Assembly (NCBI GenBank): GCA_009859145.1
Contig: VRVR01000027.1
Location: 112,981-176,980, forward strand
DNA: 64,000 bases
Reading direction: 5' to 3'
Source of the DNA: Andalucia godoyi And28
Lineage: Eukaryota; Protista; Jakobida
The notes under the pieces: model-generated
What the model was told of the DNA's origin: nothing
Seen by the model: the letters and a program-made list of their open reading frames with translations, nothing else
The model's database searches: none
In this document: positions 1 to 11,070 of the stretch, one piece after another
Position numbering within the stretch: the first letter of the stretch is position 1
How the letters are laid out: every line of letters starts with the position of its first letter
Position numbers and translations under genes: made by a program

Positions 1-684
1 AATGTTCTTCATGTAGCAACTGGCAAAAGGAACGGGAAAGATGGGAAAATATGAAAGCTGGCAATCCGGGGAAAGGAGAATGAAAATGACGCTCAAAGGG
101 CAACACGAGATGCAGCTGTGCCCGACACTCGGAACAATGCTGCCGATCCTGTTTAGCGTGCAACCAAACTCGGGCTGGGCCATTTCAGTTGACTGCTAAA
201 TAAGGCGATTCGTGGTCTGTTCAAAGGACTCAAGGTGGTGCATTCCGAACATCCGTGCTGCACAAGTGGACCTCTGCAGTCAGGCTTTTTCCTTCGTTTT
301 TGTAAGAACAGTTTGGTTTGATAGCTTCTTTGGGCGATTTGCGGTTGCCGTTGCTAAGACTTGTGTTGACGGTGTCGGAGGGCGGGAAAATCCAAGAATA
401 TTTTGCCTGCTCAGCCGGATTCACGAACTGCGCAGCTTGCCAGCAGATTGGTGACAACCACGATAAAATGCATGTCTGTGTCCCAGCAGGAAGCTGTCGC
501 AGCAAAGTGGTCGGGTGGTAGAGAACGATGCTCATTCGGCCACGACACCTCGTACAGCCTCAGTTTTGCTTCATTTTCTTGTTGTGGTCCTTGGATGTTG
601 GTACCAGCTACACCTGCGCAGCTTATCGAATCTTTGGAGCGACAAGCAGAACCAGAATGGAAAGTCGAAGAAGAAGATGCGGAA

Positions 685-1190
685 ATGGCTGTCCTCTTTG
701 CAGCTGCGTACCGCTTGCTGTTCGACAGTTCGAGTGAGGATGAGGAAGATGATGACCGCGAAGAAAGTCTCCCATGTTTTGGCCGTGGTCGAACCCTGTT
801 GAGAGACACTGTCGGTGGACTTGGCTGTGTGTGGGCGTTGGATCGTGACGCCATTCACGCGTTGCTCTGAGATAAACATCCTGTCGCATAGAAAAGGTTG
901 TTCGCATGTGCCCAAATACTTTTGAACAATTGTGTGAAACGCTTGCTGTCGTGACAACCTTTCATGTACCCTCTTACGGGTGCGTCCGCGAACAGGTTTA
1001 TGCTCATCGTCTTCCGCATTGTATTGGCATTTTAGAAAGGACTGCTGTCAAAGTCTTTCGGGCGAGCCCAGTGTACCGAAGAGCTGGCTATGATGGATTT
1101 AAGGACAAATCGAGTGTAATGACCGTGGGTTCACAACTTTCGTTCGATGCGGGATTCCGGGTAGAGAGCATGATTCTTCGGCTCTACAGG
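685..1190 (+). pseudogene. Probable degenerate PIF/Harbinger-like (DDE_Tnp_4) transposase remnant
   Basis: Reading through stops at 868 and 889 and a -1 shift at ttc/cgc (901-905) gives KRLF-RMCPNTFEQLCETL, like the Harbinger FRM..F..L..L motif. It is followed by RLPHCIGILERT...YDGFKDKSSV...QLSFDAGFR, like FPxCIGAIDGTH...YxNRKxxHS...QxxCDxxxRF. The catalytic Asp reads as Glu and the middle segment is missing. Confidence 0.4.
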
Positions 1191-2845
1191 TGTCCGCACT
1201 GTAGGATCTGCGTGCACATTATTGTCTTTTTGTTGCGTGGACAATTTCGAACCTTCAAACAGTCAGATGGGTACGTGCAGTTTCGCGGATGGCAGACTGA
1301 CCGATTTCGAAATACTCTCAGAAGAATCAAGTTCTTGCGTGGCTACGAGTCCCGAGAATGCGACGAAGCGACTGCGCGTTTCCAATTTCGAGGCACAGAA
1401 TATGGAGCGCCACTTCCAGGGAATCCAATCGTCGAATCCATTTTCAGCAACGGAAGACCCGTGGATCATGAAGAAGCTTTGCGATGGGAGAATGTGCACA
1501 TTCAATCGAGCCTCCTAACGTCTATGACGAAGGAACGATGTATCGCATTCGACCCTCCTCTGTTTCCCGGTGAATGTGCAGTTTTCACTCTGGATGACTG
1601 GAGCAGTCAGTGGTCTTTGGACTTGTTGGCAGTCGTCAGCCGCATTTTTCGGTTCCGGGTCGTAATCGGTGTTCCGTCGGATTCTGTCCTGGACGGAGAC
1701 CGGTGTTAATTCCAGAATTGTCCTGGCTTCAATATGGATCGGTTTGTTTCGACTCCGCGGTGAAGGTTGTTTTCTGCTATCCGATTGCACATCCACGTAC
1801 CATCGCGTTGCAGAGGTCGTTGCTCATTCACATGTTCGTTTCCGAACCGTCTGCCATAACGTCTTCTCGTTCTGGTCATTCTGTCCAGTCCATCCGGAGT
1901 GTCAATTCTGGTGCAGGATTACAACAGAATTGCGATTTTTCACGTGCTCCAGGATATGCTTTACTCTCAGGATTTCTCCAATGGATCGGAAATGACACGA
2001 ACTCTCGTCCCAGCACTGTTTCCGGCAGTTGGAATGCTGGATAAGGATTTAACATTCAAGTTTACTTTCTCCCTGGGGCCAATCTCGGATCCGTTCCGGA
2101 CGTTTTTCCGGCGCCCAGTCTGGAATTCGCTGACAGAAAGTTTTCCTTTGCTGTCCATTTTTTGATGTTTTTGTTGATGCAGTCTTTCAGCTTTTGGTTG
2201 ACAACGAGTTTTGGATCAATGTGACATGTCGATTTCGCGCAGACAACAACATCTGTGCTTCTCCTTGTTCTTATGTACCAATCTGCAATCGAGACTGCAA
2301 TTGGAACTCTCTGGGAACTCTCCGGGCACGTCCCGCAGGGTTGTTCCTTCACTTCGACGTTCTTCTGCAAGAGCCGCTTGCAGTTTGTAGATCTTGGTGA
2401 GAAACAGTTGCGAGGGAAGAGAATCAAGGACGTTATCATTGTAGGCTAGCAGCAGGAGTTAATGACCAATGAAAATGAAGGATCGGGCACTGAAATGAGT
2501 TTCTCGTCTGAACACAGTTGCAGTTTGGTTGCATAAATGAAGTGGATGAAAGACAGAGAGAAAGGATACAGGTAGCAGTGATTCAAAAACTAAACAGGGC
2601 GCTTGCGCGATGAAAAAAAACAACAACAAATGACGCTGTGCAATCGTGGAAAGTTCTCTGACCCCGAGGCAGACTCGCAGTCCATTGATCGAGGCACTGC
2701 CGGTCTGCTGCACTGGGCTTTTCTTGACGCAGGATGTTCTGAATTCGCATGTGCATAAAGTCCGCCCACAACATTACCGCTGGATTCCTGTTTTTCAATC
2801 TGTCGAACTAACGTTCAAACTTTCTGTTCAGAGTTTATAGGAAAA

Positions 2846-5800
2846 CTACGACATGTACCATACCCGATGAAAAAAGACGCGGGTGGAGCTGACGATGAGG
2901 CATCCCAATGCGACGAACAGCAGTACCAAAGCAACCTGTCCAAACGAAAGCGGGACGAGAGAAAGGAACACAGACACAAAAGGAAGAACGAATGCTGCAA
3001 ACACAAACAGCATGGCTGCTAGAGTCCAAAGCGCCCAGTTGCGGTACCCAGACCGCGACACGGGGTCCTTGAAAACGGAAACCATGGCTCGAAGGTCGCA
3101 AGAACACCGAAACGTGATTGGCGAGTCCACTTGCGCAATAATGAGAGCTGCAAACACATGGACAATCATCCATCCGAGGAAAACAGCAGACTGCGCTCGC
3201 TCGTGCCCTTCTCCGGACCGGCAGTGCGAGGTGTCAAAATTGCAACCAGTCATGAAGGAAAAGATGATGGTAAAGAAGAAGCCGAATGCGCAAGCCGCCA
3301 CAATTTTCCCCAGAAACCTGACTTGGAAAAGGAGCGGATAGACGTGCGGTCCGCGAAGAGCAAAGGACGGATCGATCGGCATGAACAGAAAGGACAGAGA
3401 AGCACCGACATCCATGAATGCCTCGGCAACGATGAGGTGCGTCGAGTGGAATGGAGAACCGACTCCTGCCACAATGCAAACCGCAAAGGCAAACGCGATT
3501 GCAATCTTCGCCGCCAGATAAAAGATGATGGCCTTGAACAAGTTGACGTAGAGTCGGCGGCCTGCTCGAATGGATTCTGCAACCGATGCAATATTATTAT
3601 CTGCCAGAACGACCGACGCTACTTCCTTCGCAAGGTCCGCAGAATTCAGTCCCATTGCGATACCGACATCAGCGTCCTTCAGCGAGGGCACGTCGTTCAG
3701 TCCGTCTCCCGCAACGATGATTCGGTGCCCGGCGTCTCGAAGCATCCGCACCAGTGACAGCTTGACGTCGGGTGTCGCTCGCGCAACTCCTACGATCGCT
3801 CCCTTATGATTCGTGACTTGGTGTTCAGAACCAGGAACTCGGTCCTTCAACGCGTTCACGACCTGCGAAAGACTGTCGATCAGGAACGCGTTGAAAGACA
3901 TTTCTGTGTCTCCAGAGTGAGTGGAAAATGACAGCAGAACAGCATGACAGTCCAGTACAAAGGGCCCAATTCCAGCTTCCGTGAGGACAGACAGGTCGGC
4001 ATGTCGCTCGGGCTGCTTGACGAGAGTACCGAGAGCTGATTGCACTGTGCGTGAATGGTCCCCAGACACAACAACCACGTGAACTCCTGCGGAGCGAATC
4101 CAGTCCACGGCATTCGCAGCGTCGTCTCGCAGAGGATCTTCAAACATGAGAAAGCCAAGAAAGACAAACGACCCATCCTGGCAACGGTCCCGGAGAAAAT
4201 CCGTCAAGCTCTCTTCAGCACCGACAAGCGCCCCATTCTCCGCGCGGATCTCAAGATGCATCGGAAACCGAGTGTCTTGCTGTGCGAGGGCGATAAGACG
4301 GAATCCTCGACCTGCAAGAGAAGACACATAAGACAAAATAAGGGCCTTTGTATGCGAACCCAAGGCGACGTCGCCTTCCGTCTCCGTGCGAAGTCTGCCG
4401 CATTTCGCAACAACATCTTCTGGAGCTCTTTTGATGAGGAGTGAAGCTGACAAACCGGCTTTGGAGTCCGAATCGGCCGAGGATTGTGAAGACGTGTGCT
4501 GGAACGCAAGAAGTCTTCCACGAAGTCGTTCATACTGAGAAACAAGCGCCGGTGAAATATCGCTTGCTCCCACCACAGTCCTCAGAGTGGCCAGCAAGGA
4601 CTCGCTCGAGTTCCCGTTCATCGAGGATGCTGACTGCAGGGCCGCAAACACGGCGTCATCGAATGGATCTTGAAACTGGACATCCCTGATTGAAAATTCA
4701 CCAGCGAGCACGTCGGTGAGGTAGCTCAAATCGGCGGACAAGAGAGCCCATGCATCCAGCAACGAGCCAGTCGGAACGCCTGCCTCGTTCACAACAGACT
4801 TTGTGATCTCTTCTGAAGCCGCCGCGGCATTCAGTTCATGAGAGGAAGCAACCGAAAACTCAGGAAAGTCCAGCAATTTTTTGAACGTGACTGCTTTTGC
4901 AAGACTCAGCTTGTTCTCGGTGAGCGTGCCGGTCTTGTCAGAAAAGAGAACGCTGCAGGAAGCAATGGCCTCTACCGACTGCACTTGCTTCATTATGATG
5001 TTGTGGCTCTTTGACAATGCGTACGCTCCTACTGCCAACACCGATTTGATCAGCAACGGAAGTTCCTCGGGAATTGTCACAAACGCAAGACTGAGAGACG
5101 AGAGCAGCGCTACTTTCCACGATGCATCGGTTAGAAACAACAAGCCGAAGAAGACAGCCACAGAAAATGATACGGCACACAGAGAGAATCGGAAAGCAAA
5201 CTTCTTCATGATTTGCTGCAGCGGTGTCTTTTTCGGTTTCGACACGTCACTGAGGCACTTTCCGAGCTGGCCAACTCGCGTGGAGCCGCCTGTTGCGTAC
5301 ACGACCCCGACTCCTGATCCCTTGACGACTGACGAACCAGCAAGCAGCACATTTCGAGGAACATAGTCCGAGAACGAAGGGTCAGTTCTTGCGTCCAGCA
5401 CATTCGGATGCCCCTGCGCAGCATCCAGTGTCGGATCGAAAGACGCAGATTTCGCAATTGGTTCAGATTCTCCGGTCAGCAGAGCCTCTTCCACCTCCAG
5501 ACCCGTCGAAGAAAAGAGTCTGACATCGGCACCCAGCCTCTGTCCGGCTTTCAAAACCAGGATATCCCCAAGCGTGATTTCCGACGATTCGACCTTCATC
5601 AACGCACCATTTCGTCGAACCATTCCCATCGGTTTCACCGTGCACCGCAGCAAATCAACTGCCGCCTTTGACCGTCGTTCGTTCCAGACCTCAATGCAAA
5701 TCACTGCACCTATCATCACACTCACGAACAACGCCTCTCCGATTTCTGCGAGTGCAAAATACAAAACGGCAACAAACAGAAGCAGGATAATCATCGGCTC

Positions 5801-6169
5801 TCTGACTTCTTTCACAAACACCTGGAAAAAAGTCTTTTGGATTGGAATGTCCCCCGGAAGGATATTCGGTTCAAGCACCCCAATTCTCTTGACTACCTCC
5901 TCCACAGACAACCCTTTGGCCGAGTCCGTTCGCAGCCTAGTGCACAGCACAAACACAGACTCTCTGGAAGCATCCTCTGCCGAAATCGTAGGAAGCAGCG
6001 GTGATTCCCCAAGTAAACTCGTCTGATTTGCACTGTTGGCGATGTTGGCACTGGAATCGTCGTTGGCATTGGAAGCAAGTCGATTCGCATTTTCCAACAG
6101 CTGCGTGCCGTCTTCTTCATCATTTTCGTTATGACTGCCATATGCACGGTACAAAAGATCACTCATCAT
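2846..6169 (-). CDS. P-type (class II-like) cation-transporting ATPase, PEELP type
   Basis: 1117-aa ORF; first ATG at 6169. Motifs LTGESEP, IPEELPL, DKTGTLTEN, EDPLRDDA, SGDH, AGDGLNDVPSL and about 10 hydrophobic segments. Confidence 0.93.
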   Translation of the reverse strand: MMSDLLYRAYGSHNENDEEDGTQLLENANRLASNANDDSSANIANSANQTSLLGESPLLPTISAEDASRESVFVLCTRLRTDSAKGLSVEEVVKRIGVLEPNILPGDIPIQKTFFQVFVKEVREPMIILLLFVAVLYFALAEIGEALFVSVMIGAVICIEVWNERRSKAAVDLLRCTVKPMGMVRRNGALMKVESSEITLGDILVLKAGQRLGADVRLFSSTGLEVEEALLTGESEPIAKSASFDPTLDAAQGHPNVLDARTDPSFSDYVPRNVLLAGSSVVKGSGVGVVYATGGSTRVGQLGKCLSDVSKPKKTPLQQIMKKFAFRFSLCAVSFSVAVFFGLLFLTDASWKVALLSSLSLAFVTIPEELPLLIKSVLAVGAYALSKSHNIIMKQVQSVEAIASCSVLFSDKTGTLTENKLSLAKAVTFKKLLDFPEFSVASSHELNAAAASEEITKSVVNEAGVPTGSLLDAWALLSADLSYLTDVLAGEFSIRDVQFQDPFDDAVFAALQSASSMNGNSSESLLATLRTVVGASDISPALVSQYERLRGRLLAFQHTSSQSSADSDSKAGLSASLLIKRAPEDVVAKCGRLRTETEGDVALGSHTKALILSYVSSLAGRGFRLIALAQQDTRFPMHLEIRAENGALVGAEESLTDFLRDRCQDGSFVFLGFLMFEDPLRDDAANAVDWIRSAGVHVVVVSGDHSRTVQSALGTLVKQPERHADLSVLTEAGIGPFVLDCHAVLLSFSTHSGDTEMSFNAFLIDSLSQVVNALKDRVPGSEHQVTNHKGAIVGVARATPDVKLSLVRMLRDAGHRIIVAGDGLNDVPSLKDADVGIAMGLNSADLAKEVASVVLADNNIASVAESIRAGRRLYVNLFKAIIFYLAAKIAIAFAFAVCIVAGVGSPFHSTHLIVAEAFMDVGASLSFLFMPIDPSFALRGPHVYPLLFQVRFLGKIVAACAFGFFFTIIFSFMTGCNFDTSHCRSGEGHERAQSAVFLGWMIVHVFAALIIAQVDSPITFRCSCDLRAMVSVFKDPVSRSGYRNWALWTLAAMLFVFAAFVLPFVSVFLSLVPLSFGQVALVLLFVALGCLIVSSTRVFFHRVWYMS

Positions 6170-6646
6170 GTTTTCGGAAAGTCGATTTCGTACAAACAAT
6201 GAATGTTCAGGCTGATTTCTGTGCTCACGGTCAAAGAGCTTTGTCAGAAATCGGGAAAGCTTGATCTTTACGCACGTTTTTTGGTCTGGCGACAGGCCGA
6301 CAGCGCATTCGAGTCATTGCGAAATACAGTATGATGTGCTCAAACATCGAATAGTGATGACTTCCGTTTCAACCCTGCTTTTCGCTTTCACAATCAGTTT
6401 TGAAACACAACAACGTGATCAGAGGCAATGTGCGTTCATGGAGAGTATTCTGGACAACACTTTACCTTCACAACGGCAATTCTCGAGATCAGTGGCTAAT
6501 TCACGACCGCACTCAAACGAAGAGATCCCAAATTGGAACTTCAAGCAAAGTCCAATGGTGACCTGCTTGACGTGCGCATAACACTATAAGCGATGCCAGG
6601 CAGTCTGCCACGATTTCTTTTTTTGATTTTCTGAAAAACCCAAACC

Positions 6647-6937
6647 ATGGTATTCCCTGTTCACCCGCATTTCAATTGGAGGCTGATCTCCCAGAAAGTC
6701 AAAGAGACTCCCGAGATCATCCCACTGGCATTTGCTGTGGCGACCGCCCACTTGCTCGGCTTGTCATTCGGCTATCACAAGCTTTTTCATGGATGGGACG
6801 TGCATCCCGAATTTAAAAAGACCGACCCGTTTCCCATGATGAAGATCCACTCGGTTGACGAAGCCAAGTTTCACTGGACTCAAATTCATACTTGGAAAAC
6901 AAGAATCTTCGACGGTGAGCGAGATCGCACTGTGTGA
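6647..6937 (+). CDS. Small single-pass protein, NDUFA4/COXFA4/B12D-like
   Basis: 96 aa with ATG in AAACCATGG context. ETPEIIPLAFAVATAHLLGLSFGYHKLFHGWDV...KKTDPFPM matches the P-E/A-x-x-PL, TM helix, DV, P-x-P layout of this family. Confidence 0.55.
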   Translation: MVFPVHPHFNWRLISQKVKETPEIIPLAFAVATAHLLGLSFGYHKLFHGWDVHPEFKKTDPFPMMKIHSVDEAKFHWTQIHTWKTRIFDGERDRTV

Positions 6938-7733
6938 TGAACTTACAGTCAACGTTTCAGTCGATCCTGGTGGTTGATATATATCGCTTTCTCTTTGCGC
7001 TCGTTGCGTTTGCCAAGCATTTTCAATTAAACCACCGTATTTCTTGAATCGTTTACATTATGGAGTTTGAAAGAGCAGTGCTCTTTCAAAACTGTTGCAC
7101 TTCAGGACAGGCAAAACAGCATCAGGACAAGCTACTGAACAGACTGCATCACACCAAGAAAAATGTTTCGGCTTACCTATTTCAACCATAGCGGTAATGC
7201 AGGTACATTTTCCTACTCCCAGACTGAAGTACCGTTCATGAGCACGTTCCAAGTATCCAGGTTACATCTCTCGTCACACTTCGGGCGGAGCGTTGTGCCA
7301 GAGCCAGCCTATCAATTGCAATCGTCCTGACGTCGAGTGGCTGTTTATGATTTGAGTTCTGCCTTGTTGAATGAGAACTTCTCATCCAACCTTGAGCTTC
7401 GGTCTTGAACAAAATTTGCTTTGCCGCTTTGAGGAAATCAGACAGTCCCACGATCTTTGAGAACTTTTTTGTACGTGTTTGCAGAACACAGTCTATTTAT
7501 GGAGGAGCCGTACGTGCAGAATCTTCAATTGGACGAACGGCAGTTCCACTTCCACTTGTCCAGGAATGCTCTCGCATTTCGTTCTCGACGCAAGTTGCCA
7601 GCCTTCGCAGCTATTTTTCTGTTCTGCCTGATGAAATTCGAACTGCAGTTTCGTCTTCCGCACTTCTGCCTTTGCATTTCCGCCTAGAATCACTCTTCTC
7701 TCTCATGTCGATAAGGGTCAGAAGCTTCATTCA

Positions 7734-9020
7734 ATGGCTCAAAACCAACACGCCCGACAAACAGTGTTTGTAAGGGTAGACAATTCGTTCGTCCGTGACC
7801 TGCAGCTGGAAGTTGGATGTTTGAAAATTCAAACTGCAGCGATCTATCTTGCTGACAATGCTCTTCCAATCATCGTGAAGCCTACAAACCGACGTAGACT
7901 TCCTGTCGGGGTAGCATGCATGGAGTGCAGAAGGACTCATACGGCGTGTTGTGCAGAACGGCCATGCAGAACGTGCGTTCTCCGTCGTGTTGAGTGTGTC
8001 GATCACCCACTCAAGACCCAGTCGGGAAAGAAACGAGGCCGTCCTTTTGCATCGATGTCGTCAAATAAGGTCTTTTGGAGTGATTGGACTCAGAGAACTT
8101 CCAATGATTCTATTTGTTTAAGCTCATCTGCGACATCATTCAACACGAAGGCGAGTGCTTCAGAGAATCGACTGGAAACTCTACCCACAATCCTTCATTC
8201 TCAAGATGAAAGGTCTCCAGAATCGAAGATCGTCGCCGCATCCACAATCGCAGACCGTGAAGCCGTTGTGCATTCTTTCGTCGATCTCATTCCTTGCGAA
8301 TTGCATCGGTTGTCGAGGATTCCTGGAAGGAAGTTCCCTGCAGTGCTTCCTCATTTGTCGAACCACGACCAGAACGTCGCGAGCCGCATGATCGCTACCC
8401 TTGGCGATATTTGTCAGAAATGTTGTGCATTTCGCGATGAGCATTTGTCCTCGACAGATAGTTTGTCTTCAGTTACAGTATCCAGCACTTCATCCAGTTT
8501 GACAGGGCGTCCTGCGCACGAAGCGGAGGGTTCCATGAAAAACGCGATGGGGGAGGTGTGTACCCGACTCTTGCGATCTCTTGCTTTTCAATCTTTGCAG
8601 TCTCAGGTCGAGAACAACTTTGAAGATGCTGCAACACATTCTCATCCCGGACTAGTCATTGTTACGGACAGGAACGGTTCTGTGATCTGGGCGTCAAAAC
8701 ACGTTGAATATTGGAGCGGTAAATCGGTTTCGGCCGTTCTCCATCAGCTCATGCCGCTTGCATCGAGCATTCCGGATAATCGAATGGATGACTATTTCCT
8801 ATCTTGGTTCACTTCTGTGAACGATCCCTTTGTGATCCTTCAGCGGTCGGTGGACGTCAGTTTGCGAGGCGAAGTGCTGCATTCTGCCACTCTCTTCATT
8901 CGCGATACGAATCGGATAGCGCAGTTCCTTGTCGTTTGTTATGTTCCGGTGCGCGATGTGAGCATCTGGAATTCTCATCGAATAGCACGTGCCGAAGATT
9001 CCTATCATGGCGACCCATAA
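7734..9020 (+). CDS. Zn(II)2Cys6 binuclear-cluster transcription factor with C-terminal PAS-like region
   Basis: CMECRRTHTACCAERPCRTCVLRRVEC fits CX2CX6CX5CX2CX6C (7917-7997). It is followed by KKRGRP, a Ser-rich linker, and PGLVIVTDRNGSVIWASKHVEYWSG (PAS-like). Confidence 0.8.
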   Translation: MAQNQHARQTVFVRVDNSFVRDLQLEVGCLKIQTAAIYLADNALPIIVKPTNRRRLPVGVACMECRRTHTACCAERPCRTCVLRRVECVDHPLKTQSGKKRGRPFASMSSNKVFWSDWTQRTSNDSICLSSSATSFNTKASASENRLETLPTILHSQDERSPESKIVAASTIADREAVVHSFVDLIPCELHRLSRIPGRKFPAVLPHLSNHDQNVASRMIATLGDICQKCCAFRDEHLSSTDSLSSVTVSSTSSSLTGRPAHEAEGSMKNAMGEVCTRLLRSLAFQSLQSQVENNFEDAATHSHPGLVIVTDRNGSVIWASKHVEYWSGKSVSAVLHQLMPLASSIPDNRMDDYFLSWFTSVNDPFVILQRSVDVSLRGEVLHSATLFIRDTNRIAQFLVVCYVPVRDVSIWNSHRIARAEDSYHGDP

Positions 9021-9516
9021 GATCTAGTTCCAGGTTGCGCCTCTTTTTTTATGTACTACCACTTTTGAATGAATGTTTGTGATCGACTCTCCATTTTCCT
9101 TGAAATTCTGCGTTGTTGCTGACACAGAGTGAAGTGGCAAAACTCCCCGTTTCACATCTGAACTTCTCAGATGGAATATTGACCTACGTGCTCGCAATTT
9201 CTACGTCGACGACGTCGAACACAAAGAAATATCCCGACCGTCGTTCCTCGAAGGATGTTGACGATGTTCTGGATCTGCCAGAGATGGACGAAGGGCTGTT
9301 CCTCTGGTACAGTACGTTTGATTAAGAAGCCAATCGATTTCGTATCCTCAATATCCCTTGGTTTCGTTGACTAACTAAATGAAGGAATCAAAACGGGCTC
9401 GAAGTTTAATACACGAAAGCGGCAGGAAACATAACTCAACATCGAACGAAGAAAACAGCCTAAGGTGAGCAGCGCGCAAAGCGACAATTTTTATGCGTTC
9501 ACACAAGCGGTCTCAT

Positions 9517-11070
9517 TTAGAACTCCTCCGGTTTCAAGAACTTGCAAGTGTCGAAAACGGAACAGGACTCGCAAGAGAACAGGTTTTGGGCAGCTTCTCG
9601 GTCAGAAGCGGCTGCCTCTGGCTTACCCAATCCATCGTATACCACCGCTCGGCGTTCATACAGATTCCGTACCGGACCGTTGAGTTTTTGAATCGAAACC
9701 TCTTCAATGGCACGATTCCAGTCTTCGATTGCCAATTCGTAACGAGACTGTTCCATCAGGAGTTCGGCGCGCTGTTTTCTCCACTCAACATTCGCTGAGT
9801 CTAAGTCGATGGCGGAAGACACATCTTGAATCGCAGCCTCCCAATTGTTCATCAACCGATGAAGAAGGGATCGATTAGCATATGCATCAACGAAATTGGC
9901 GTCCAGAGAAATCGCGGCATCGTAATCTTGCATTGCAAACTCATATTTGCTTAATTTCACATACAGCACACCGCGATTGTTCAACGCAACTGATGTATGC
10001 GTGTCATTCAGCACGATTGCTTGGGAATAGTCACCAATGGCGTCTTCCACTCTCTGCACCCGCTCAAGCAGCCGAGCCCGACGGATGAAGAAAAGAGCCA
10101 CTGGCGGGGATCGTTGCACAGCTTCCGTGACTGCCGCAATCGCCGCCTGCAATTGTCCATAGTGCTCGAGCAAAAATGAGCGACGAAAGAGGAACAGGGG
10201 ATCAAGAAACAGTTCCGATGAACTGGCATTCGCATTCGCATATTCTTCAATCTGTTCGCAGTCGGATTGAGCAGCTTTCCACTTCTTCATCTGGATGCAC
10301 AACGCAACTCTTGTGGCGTACAAATGACAGGGAAAGCCTCCCCTCTGTCCGTTGCGCAACGCTTTCGATATTGCGATGGAATTCGCATTGACGGCATTCG
10401 TCACATCCCCGAGTCCTTGGAATGCAACTGCAGCGCACTCGAGCATGAGAGCCGGTAATTCATGTATGTCCACCTCTTCCCACTTCCGTCCATCACACAC
10501 CAAAATCAACGCATCTTCGTAATTGGATAATAGGAGCAGCGTGATGATCCTCAAATACGACGCTCCAAACATCACATCACGAGCAGGGGAAGACACTCCT
10601 GATGGAAGCAAGCCATGTGCGGAAGAACTAGAATGGTGTTTGGTCGTCGAAGATTGTGTTTCGACGAGAGGAGCATCGGAATGCACAGGCGTCATCACGG
10701 ATGTGTTCTTCGGTTCATACGACAGGAGTGGAGAACGGAGAAAATGGTGCAAGAAGGAAATGTCATCGCCAGACGGTTTGCATCCCAATGACGATGCTCG
10801 CACAAGAATGACAGCAAGTCTAGCAGCATTCACAGAAGGTGCGCATCGTAGAATTGGCCCATCAGCCGATGACGACATTGAGACGTCTGAAGGGGAGATC
10901 GTCTCTTCGAGTGTCTTGATCAAATCGCGAACCGGAGTCTGCCAGGCATAGTACTGACAGAGAACCAGAAATGCTGCCTGAAAAGTTTCGTGTTCCATAG
11001 ACTGCAATAACGATGAAGCAGCACAAAAGTCTCCAGCAAGAAACAATTGCGATGCCAGTTCCGAGGTCAT
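9517..11070 (-). CDS. Tetratricopeptide repeat protein
   Basis: 517-aa ORF with ATG. Consecutive TPR consensus units such as ALNNRGVLYVKLSKYEFAMQDYDAAISLD and AYANRSLLHRLMNNWEAAIQDVSSAIDLD. Confidence 0.85.
   Translation of the reverse strand: MTSELASQLFLAGDFCAASSLLQSMEHETFQAAFLVLCQYYAWQTPVRDLIKTLEETISPSDVSMSSSADGPILRCAPSVNAARLAVILVRASSLGCKPSGDDISFLHHFLRSPLLSYEPKNTSVMTPVHSDAPLVETQSSTTKHHSSSSAHGLLPSGVSSPARDVMFGASYLRIITLLLLSNYEDALILVCDGRKWEEVDIHELPALMLECAAVAFQGLGDVTNAVNANSIAISKALRNGQRGGFPCHLYATRVALCIQMKKWKAAQSDCEQIEEYANANASSSELFLDPLFLFRRSFLLEHYGQLQAAIAAVTEAVQRSPPVALFFIRRARLLERVQRVEDAIGDYSQAIVLNDTHTSVALNNRGVLYVKLSKYEFAMQDYDAAISLDANFVDAYANRSLLHRLMNNWEAAIQDVSSAIDLDSANVEWRKQRAELLMEQSRYELAIEDWNRAIEEVSIQKLNGPVRNLYERRAVVYDGLGKPEAAASDREAAQNLFSCESCSVFDTCKFLKPEEF

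Noticed and set aside
1515-2450. Minus-strand protein-like fragments as the Myb/SANT second ORF of the Harbinger element
   Set aside because: The only support is KWTAKE and proximity. The other Trp repeats are absent. It may be a decayed gene, but I cannot name it.
9113-9325. Short protein-like ORF downstream of the Zn-cluster gene
   Set aside because: No ATG start, 70 aa and no motif.
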